Program-made: the position numbers and the translations under genes
The notes under the pieces: generated by a model
What the model was told of the DNA's origin: nothing
Seen by the model: the letters and a program-made list of their open reading frames with translations, nothing else
Database searches by the model: none
Shown here: piece by piece, positions 26,674 to 33,016 of the stretch
Layout: every line of letters begins with the position of its first letter
Position numbering within the stretch: the stretch's first letter is position 1
Assembly: GCA_050250255.1 (NCBI GenBank)
Contig: JBFWOZ010000033.1
Location: 1-33,016, forward strand
DNA: 33,016 bases
Source: Bdellovibrionales bacterium
GTDB taxonomy: Bacteria > Bdellovibrionota > Bdellovibrionia > Bdellovibrionales > DASUEL01
Reading direction: 5' to 3'

Positions 26674-28058
26674 CCGATATTGAAACAGAAGAAGCTCCGA
26701 AAGGTCTCAATGAAGACATCGTGCGCTTTATTTGGGAGAAAAAGAAAGAGCCTCAGTTCATGCTTGATTATCGTCTCAAAGCGTTTCGCCATTGGCTTAC
26801 GATGGAAGAGCCTCATTGGGCCCTCGCGCAGTATCCAAAAATTGATTATCAAGATGCGAGATATTATTCGGCCCCTAAGCAAAACAAAGACGGTCCTAAA
26901 AGTTTAGATGAAGTAGATCCGGAACTTTTAAAAACATTTGAACGTTTGGGCGTTCCGCTCTCAGAGCGAAAACGTTTGGCGGGAGTGGCGATCGATGCGG
27001 TGTTTGATTCCGTTTCGGTAGGCACCACTCACCAAGATGTGCTTGGAAAACATGGAATTATTTTTTGCTCTTTCTCCGAGGCACTTCAGAAACATCCTGA
27101 GTTGATCGAAAAATATATTGGCACCGTTGTGCCTTACACAGATAATTTTTTTGCCGCCCTCAACGCGGCGGTCTTTAGTGACGGCTCTTTTTGTTACATT
27201 CCAAAAGGGGTGCATTGTCCTCTTGATCTCTCGACTTACTTCCGAATCAATTCGGCCGAGACGGGTCAGTTTGAAAGAACATTGATCATTGCGGATGAAG
27301 GTTCGTATGTGAATTATTTAGAAGGTTGCACGGCACCTTCACGCTCTGACAGCCAGCTACATGCTGCGGTTGTCGAACTTGTGGCATTGGAAAATGCCAA
27401 CATTAAATACTCAACAGTTCAAAACTGGTATGCTGGAGATGCTCAAGGTCGCGGCGGTATTTACAACTTCGTTACAAAGCGTGGAAAATGTGCGGGAAGA
27501 AATTCTCAAATTTCTTGGACACAGGTTGAAGCAGGCGCTTCTATCACTTGGAAATATCCAAGCGTGATTCTTCAGGGCGATAATTCGATTGGTAAATTCT
27601 ATTCCGTCGCACTCACGAATCAAAAAATGCAGGCCGATACTGGTACGAAGATGATTCACATCGGTAAAAACACAAAGAGTACCATCATTTCGAAAGGAAT
27701 TTCGGCGGATGAGTCGATGAACACCTATCGAGGCCTTGTTAAAATTTTGCCATCTGCTGACGGTGCAAGAAACTATACACAGTGTGACTCTCTTTTGGTG
27801 AAAGACCAATGTGTGGCAAACACATTACCGTACATCGAAGTGAAAAATGATACGGCGACGGTCGAGCACGAAGCTTCTACTAGTAAGATCAGTGCGGACC
27901 AGCTTTTTTATTTGCAGTCACGCGGCGTTGATACAGAGGGCGCGATTTCACTTTTAATTAATGGTTTTTGCAAAGAAGTATTTAAAGAACTTCCACTGGA
28001 GTTTTCCGTGGAAGCGGTGAAGCTCCTCGAAATGAAACTCGAAGGCAGCGTCGGCTAA
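26643..28058 (+). CDS. sufB: Fe-S cluster assembly protein SufB
   Basis: [42 protein letters not shown]. Confidence 0.98.
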   Translation: MADNYKYGFVTDIETEEAPKGLNEDIVRFIWEKKKEPQFMLDYRLKAFRHWLTMEEPHWALAQYPKIDYQDARYYSAPKQNKDGPKSLDEVDPELLKTFERLGVPLSERKRLAGVAIDAVFDSVSVGTTHQDVLGKHGIIFCSFSEALQKHPELIEKYIGTVVPYTDNFFAALNAAVFSDGSFCYIPKGVHCPLDLSTYFRINSAETGQFERTLIIADEGSYVNYLEGCTAPSRSDSQLHAAVVELVALENANIKYSTVQNWYAGDAQGRGGIYNFVTKRGKCAGRNSQISWTQVEAGASITWKYPSVILQGDNSIGKFYSVALTNQKMQADTGTKMIHIGKNTKSTIISKGISADESMNTYRGLVKILPSADGARNYTQCDSLLVKDQCVANTLPYIEVKNDTATVEHEASTSKISADQLFYLQSRGVDTEGAISLLINGFCKEVFKELPLEFSVEAVKLLEMKLEGSVG

Positions 28059-28083
28059 AGATGAGACCAGCTAAGGAGAGAAA

Positions 28084-28836
28084 ATGATTTCAATTAAAAA
28101 CCTTCATGCGAAAACGGAAGATCGAGATATTCTGAAAGGAATTAATCTTGAAATCCGCGCAGGCGAGATTCATGCGATCATGGGACCAAACGGTTCTGGA
28201 AAAAGCACTTTGGCAAAAATTATTGCGGGCCATCCAGATTACGAAGTCACAAGCGGTGAAATCATTTACGAAGTGAACGGGAAATCAAAAAATCTTTTAG
28301 ATCTTGAGCCCTACGAGCGAGCTCGGGAAGGCATCTTTCTGGCCTTCCAATACCCCGTCGAAGTTCCTGGAGTGACGAACGCCATCTTTTTAAGAACCGC
28401 ATTTAACGAAATCTGTAAGCATCAAGGTGTTGATGAGATGGATCCGCTGGAATTTAACGACTTTCTCAAAGAAAAAATGAAAGTGGTCGAGATGGATTCG
28501 TCCTTTATCGATCGTCCAGTGAATGAGGGCTTTTCGGGTGGTGAAAAAAAACGTAACGAAATTTTGCAGATGGCGATTTTAAATCCGAAGCTCGCGTTTT
28601 TAGATGAAACGGATTCAGGCCTTGATATCGATGCTTTACGTATTGTTTCTCAAGGGGTGAATAAGCTTCGCACAAAGAAGAATGCGATTGTTCTCGTCAC
28701 TCACTATCAAAGATTGTTGGATTATATTGTACCTGATTACGTGCATGTCTTATTTAACGGAAAAATCGTAGAGACTGGCGATAAAAACTTAGCGTTGAAG
28801 CTAGAGGAAAAAGGCTATGACTGGCTCATTAAATAA
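28084..28836 (+). CDS. sufC: Fe-S cluster assembly ATPase SufC
   Basis: [41 protein letters not shown]. Confidence 0.98.
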   Translation: MISIKNLHAKTEDRDILKGINLEIRAGEIHAIMGPNGSGKSTLAKIIAGHPDYEVTSGEIIYEVNGKSKNLLDLEPYERAREGIFLAFQYPVEVPGVTNAIFLRTAFNEICKHQGVDEMDPLEFNDFLKEKMKVVEMDSSFIDRPVNEGFSGGEKKRNEILQMAILNPKLAFLDETDSGLDIDALRIVSQGVNKLRTKKNAIVLVTHYQRLLDYIVPDYVHVLFNGKIVETGDKNLALKLEEKGYDWLIK

Positions 28837-30058
28837 TAGGATGGATTCTCATTCTGTTGAGCCCATTCAAAATTTTCATACTCTTTCTCAAGAGGGCCAG
28901 AAGAACATTTCTGGTTGGTGGAAAGATTTGAAAAACGAAAGCGCCATTCGCTTTTCTACTCAAGGTCTTCCCAAAAGAAAACAAGAGGAGTGGCGCTACA
29001 CGGATCTGTCGGTGCTTGGAAAGCGTTCGTGGATGTTGGCGGATTCTATTACAGCTTTAGAATCAAAAAGTGCACCTTCTCACAATCTCACGCAGTTAAA
29101 GTCTCAGGAAGAAAACATTTATTTGCACTGGAAGAAAAGACTGGATGAGCGCTTTGCGGGCGAAACACTCGTAGATCTTAATACCCTTCTCACTCATTCA
29201 GGACAAACTCACTTTATTCCAGAGGGACAATCCGCAGAGCTTTATCTTTCTCACTCGTCTAAAGAGTCAGAAAAGATCTTTTCTCCCTACCATTTTGTTC
29301 ATGTTGGGAAAAACGCAAGCCTTGAGCTGGGCGAAGAATTTTTATTTCAAAAAACGGCTGAAAATTGGATCAATCCTTGTATCGACATCGTTCTCGAAGA
29401 GGGAGCGAAGCTCGACTTCTATCAGCTACAGGAAAATTCATTAACGACACGACAAACTTCTACGGTTCGTTTAATTCAATCTCGAGGAAGTGTTGTCCAT
29501 GCATGGGCCATCCAAACGGGTTCCAAAATGGCTCGCAATAGTTTCTTTGCGGCTTTTGCGGGAGAAGAAGCGCAATTTCATTATCGTGCTCTATCTATGG
29601 TTCAGCCGGATCAACATTTGGATCAATACATCTATCTTGATCACGCTGTTCCAAACTGTCTAAGTCGACAGTTGTTTAAAGGGATTGTTTCTGAGAGAGG
29701 TCGTTCGATTTTTAATGGTCGCGTGATGGTGCGAAAATACGCACAAAAAACAGATGCGGGCCAGCAGAGCAAAAATTTGCTCCTTGGGAAATTGGCCGAA
29801 GCCAATGCGCGTCCTCAGTTAGAAATCTATGCAGATGATGTTAAGTGTACGCACGGTTCTACGATTGGGCGTTTAAACAAAGAAGAACTTTTTTACTTAC
29901 AAAGCCGTGCGCTTTCGACCCAGCAGGCGACAACGCTTTTGTGTCATGGGTTTGCCGAAGATGTGATTCAAGATATTCCCAACTTAAAACAAAAAGCGAA
30001 GCTGTCAGCCGCTCTTACAAGAGCTTTTGAGGCCTTGCATATAGGGGATCAAGAGTGA
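28817..30058 (+). CDS. sufD: Fe-S cluster assembly protein SufD
   Basis: [37 protein letters not shown]. Confidence 0.95.
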   Translation: MTGSLNNRMDSHSVEPIQNFHTLSQEGQKNISGWWKDLKNESAIRFSTQGLPKRKQEEWRYTDLSVLGKRSWMLADSITALESKSAPSHNLTQLKSQEENIYLHWKKRLDERFAGETLVDLNTLLTHSGQTHFIPEGQSAELYLSHSSKESEKIFSPYHFVHVGKNASLELGEEFLFQKTAENWINPCIDIVLEEGAKLDFYQLQENSLTTRQTSTVRLIQSRGSVVHAWAIQTGSKMARNSFFAAFAGEEAQFHYRALSMVQPDQHLDQYIYLDHAVPNCLSRQLFKGIVSERGRSIFNGRVMVRKYAQKTDAGQQSKNLLLGKLAEANARPQLEIYADDVKCTHGSTIGRLNKEELFYLQSRALSTQQATTLLCHGFAEDVIQDIPNLKQKAKLSAALTRAFEALHIGDQE

Positions 30059-31275
30059 GTATTCCAGTAGAGCAAATAAAAAAAGACTTCCCCATTTTAG
30101 ATCAAAAAATCCATGGGAAAAGATTCGCTTATCTTGATAACGCAGCAACAACGCTGAAGCCAAGAGCGGTTGTGAAATCGCTTGCTGATCACTTTGAAAT
30201 GGGTACTTCGAACATTCATCGGGGAGTTTACTTTTTAAGCGAAAAAGCGACGTTTGAGTTTGAAGCAGTTCGTGATCAAGTTCAAAAATTTCTCGGAGCG
30301 AAGAGTCGACAAGAAATCATTTTCACAAAGGGTACTACGGAAAGCATTAACTTAGTGGCCCAAACTTTTGGACGACAAACACTAAAAAAAGGTGATGAAG
30401 TTCTTATTACGGAAATGGAACATCATTCGAACATCGTTCCGTGGCAGATGCTTTCTGAACAAGTGGGTTGTGTGTTAAAAGTCATACCCATGAATGATCG
30501 CGGAGAAATCATCTTTGAAGAATTTAAAAAACTACTTTCTTCAAAAACAAAACTTCTTTCAGTTGTTTATGTTTCTAATTCGCTAGGAACCGTAAACCCC
30601 ATTGAGGAAATGATTCCGATGGCGCGTGCAGTGGGAGCGAAAACTCTCATTGATGCGGCTCAGGCGACGACTTGCAAAAAGATCAACGTTCAAGAGTTGG
30701 ATTGTGATTTCTTGACCCTGTCTGCGCATAAAATGTTTGGCCCGACGGGTGTTGGCGTTCTTTACGGAAAACAAGAGCTTCTACAATCCATGCCGCCATA
30801 TCAGGGGGGCGGAGATATGATTGCCAGCGTGACGTTTGAAAAAACGATTTATAATGAGTTGCCCTATAAATTTGAAGCCGGCACTCCAAACATTGGCGGA
30901 GTCATCGCCTTTGGCGTAGCTCTTCGCTACATTGAAAATATTGGTTTAGAAAATATTTGGAAATATGAATCTGAGCTTCTCGCATATGCCCAGCAGGAAC
31001 TGGCCAAAATTCCTGAAGTACAATTTATCGGTACAGCAAAACAAAAAGGCCCGGTGATTAGCTTTGTGATGGGCGATATTCACCCTCACGATATTGGTAC
31101 GCTTCTGGATCAAGAGGGCGTGGCTGTCCGCACGGGCCATCATTGTACTCAGCCTGTCATGAAAAAATTTGGAGTGCCGGCAACTGTACGTGCCTCTTTC
31201 TCCATTTATAATACAAAAGAAGACGTGGATCAGCTGGTGGAAGCATTGAAAAAAGTTGTAAAGGTGTTTCAATGA
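30055..31275 (+). CDS. sufS: Cysteine desulfurase, group II
   Basis: YLDNAATT, MEHHSNIVPW, SAHKMFGPTG, RTGHHCTQP. Confidence 0.97.
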   Translation: MSIPVEQIKKDFPILDQKIHGKRFAYLDNAATTLKPRAVVKSLADHFEMGTSNIHRGVYFLSEKATFEFEAVRDQVQKFLGAKSRQEIIFTKGTTESINLVAQTFGRQTLKKGDEVLITEMEHHSNIVPWQMLSEQVGCVLKVIPMNDRGEIIFEEFKKLLSSKTKLLSVVYVSNSLGTVNPIEEMIPMARAVGAKTLIDAAQATTCKKINVQELDCDFLTLSAHKMFGPTGVGVLYGKQELLQSMPPYQGGGDMIASVTFEKTIYNELPYKFEAGTPNIGGVIAFGVALRYIENIGLENIWKYESELLAYAQQELAKIPEVQFIGTAKQKGPVISFVMGDIHPHDIGTLLDQEGVAVRTGHHCTQPVMKKFGVPATVRASFSIYNTKEDVDQLVEALKKVVKVFQ

Positions 31276-31718
31276 ACTCAGAGGCAATGGCCGAGCTCTA
31301 TCAGCAAATGATTTTGGAGCATAATAAGAAGCCAAAGAATTTTCATAAAATGGCTGACGCCACCCATTTCGCAGAAGGGTTTAATCCTCTCTGCGGTGAT
31401 CACTACACGGTTTACATGAAAATGAATGGTGATCAGGTCGAAGAAGTGAGTTTTGAAGGATCCGGTTGCGCTATTTCAAAGGCTTCGGGTTCGATGATGA
31501 CGGCACATCTTAAGGGAAAAAACAAAGAAGAAGCTTTGAAAAATTTCGAAGCTTTTCATCAATTGCTTTTAGGACAAAGTGAGGCTGGAGAAATTTTGGG
31601 AAAATTAAAAATTTTTTCTGGAATATGGAAGTATCCATCAAGAGTCAAGTGCGCCAGTCTCTCCTGGCATGCGATGAAAAGTGCGATTTTAGGAATAGAT
31701 CGCGCAACGACTGAATAA
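31272..31718 (+). CDS. sufU: SUF system NifU-family sulfur-transfer protein SufU
   Basis: NPLCGD, GSGCAISKAS, RVKCA; follows sufS. Confidence 0.94.
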   Translation: MNSEAMAELYQQMILEHNKKPKNFHKMADATHFAEGFNPLCGDHYTVYMKMNGDQVEEVSFEGSGCAISKASGSMMTAHLKGKNKEEALKNFEAFHQLLLGQSEAGEILGKLKIFSGIWKYPSRVKCASLSWHAMKSAILGIDRATTE

Positions 31719-31753
31719 TAACATTAAGTATAACGAATAAAAGGAATTGTACT

Positions 31754-32308
31754 GTGGACATCTCAATAGAAATTGAAGAAACACCGAATCCGAAGGCTTT
31801 AAAATTCATTTTGAATCATCCTGTGAAAAAGGACGGTAAGGTCACATTTCAAAACGCCGAAGAATGTGTACAGCCGATGGAAAAAGATCTATTCGCAATT
31901 CCAGGTGTGGCGCAAATTCACTATTTTGATAACGTGATTACTGTCAGTCAAAGTGGAGAGCGAGATTGGGCGGATTTAGTTCATGAGGTCAAGGCCGTGA
32001 TCGACACACGTCTTCCAATTCATGATCCAAACCTTGTGACGGAAGTGACTGCAGTCAGAAACAGATCTCACTTATCTCCAGAGATGCTTCGGATTGATGA
32101 AATTTTAGATCGTACCGTTCGTTCAGGCTTGCAAGCAGATGGTGGAGATCTTGAGCTTATTAGTTATGAAGATTCTGTTCTGACTGTGCGTTTTCAAGGT
32201 GCTTGTGGCAGCTGTCCAAGCTCCACTATGGGCACGCTTTATGCGATTGAAGGGATTTTGCAGCAGGAGTTTGACCCGGCTATTCAAGTGCGACCGCAGG
32301 CGATGTAA
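31754..32308 (+). CDS. Nfu/NifU-family Fe-S carrier (Nfu_N plus NifU C-terminal CxxC)
   Basis: ETPNPKALKF and VRSGLQADGGD...FQGACGSCPSS. Confidence 0.93.
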   Translation: MDISIEIEETPNPKALKFILNHPVKKDGKVTFQNAEECVQPMEKDLFAIPGVAQIHYFDNVITVSQSGERDWADLVHEVKAVIDTRLPIHDPNLVTEVTAVRNRSHLSPEMLRIDEILDRTVRSGLQADGGDLELISYEDSVLTVRFQGACGSCPSSTMGTLYAIEGILQQEFDPAIQVRPQAM

Positions 32309-32327
32309 GAGATTTTCGGGGGATTTT

Positions 32328-32585
32328 TTGGAAGTTGGACTTAATAACGACATCACGGTGAACGGTTTGACCTATCATATTCAGACCGAAGACTGGGGAA
32401 GGCAAAATCCCTACCTCGTCACCCAAGTGTTCTCTAATGGTGCCGTTTTGAAAAGTTGGAAGATCTCCTACTGGCAGGTTCTTCCTCAGGGACCAATTTC
32501 TGATTCTCAGGCCATACGTCTGGCACTCCGACAGCAGCATCAAAAAATTCTAGACCGCATCCTTTCTGGTCAATTCGACTGGTGA
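32328..32585 (+). CDS. romY: RomY-like protein (conserved N-terminal domain only, 85 aa)
   Basis: Start reset to TTG 32328 after GGGGGA. GLNNDI...YHIQTEDWG..NPYLVTQVF..G...KISY...QHQKIL..I.SG.FD resembles, from memory, the myxobacterial RomY N-domain; lies directly upstream of ftsE. Confidence 0.6.
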   Translation: MEVGLNNDITVNGLTYHIQTEDWGRQNPYLVTQVFSNGAVLKSWKISYWQVLPQGPISDSQAIRLALRQQHQKILDRILSGQFDW

Positions 32586-32601
32586 AATATAAAATTTAAG
32601 C

Positions 32602-33016
32602 ATGATCAGACTTTCTCATGTTTATAAGACCTATCCAGGTCCGATTCATGCTTTGCGTGACGTGGAACTCGAGATAGAAAAAGGTGAACTCGCTTTTATC
32701 ACGGGCCCTAGCGGCTCGGGAAAATCCACACTCTTTCGCTTGATCTGCGCATTCGATAAGCCAACATCGGGATCTATTGAGGTTTTGAATACGAACCTCA
32801 ACGAGATTTCTCAAAGAGACATCCCATTTTTACGTAGAAAAATTGGAGTGGTTTTTCAAGATTTTAAACTTTTAAAAGGACGAAGTCTTTTTGACAATAT
32901 TGCGCTGCCTTTAGAAATCCAACAAGAAAGACCGGCGTTAATTCAAAAACGTGTCAGCGAAGTTTTGGATATGGTGGGCTTAAAGTTTCGCCCCACCTCT
33001 TTTCCTGAACAACTTT
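32602..33016 (+). CDS. ftsE: Cell division ATP-binding protein FtsE (truncated by window end)
   Basis: Manual translation: MIRLSHVYKTYPG...FITGPSGSGKSTL...IPFLRRKIGVVFQDFKLL...; open to the window end. Confidence 0.92.
   Translation, partial: MIRLSHVYKTYPGPIHALRDVELEIEKGELAFITGPSGSGKSTLFRLICAFDKPTSGSIEVLNTNLNEISQRDIPFLRRKIGVVFQDFKLLKGRSLFDNIALPLEIQQERPALIQKRVSEVLDMVGLKFRPTSFPEQL

Noticed and set aside
32199..32327. N-terminal extension of the ORF-track 128-aa protein
   Set aside because: Overlaps the nfu gene out of frame; the conserved-looking sequence and RBS begin at TTG 32328.
1149..32814. Numerous 60-135-aa ORFs nested in or antisense to the recognised genes
   Set aside because: Expected shadow ORFs of well-supported housekeeping genes, with no independent coding evidence.

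Overview
A 33 kb chromosomal window of mostly core genes, with no transposase, integrase, phage gene or CRISPR array visible. Gene content and order suggest a Bdellovibrionota/deltaproteobacterial-type predator (inference, not a database result). Left: tRNA-Ser(UGA), an opposite-strand secreted protein with four 29-aa CX3C-X9-CX3C repeats, and a long minus-strand run (rho, rpmE, prfA, prmC, murA, HIT, GYF_2-TM-TPR protein, small membrane protein, serS). Middle: VWA/MIDAS lipoprotein, a convergent cNMP-binding/PilZ pair with sigma28-like promoters, dusB, mtgA/epimerase/PAP2, flbD-motAB, cyclophilin, and kynA-tolQRAB without pal. Right: Rrf2-sufBCDSU-nfu, a RomY-like gene and the 5' part of ftsE. 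The two most unusual signals are (1) a pair of ~125-nt structured elements between dusB and mtgA, sharing a conserved branched core, each closed by a perfect 31-bp stem whose sequences differ at 14 of 31 positions, and each in the same sense just after its upstream gene's stop; and (2) the cysteine-hairpin repeat protein between serS and tRNA-Ser, preceded by a sigma54-like promoter.
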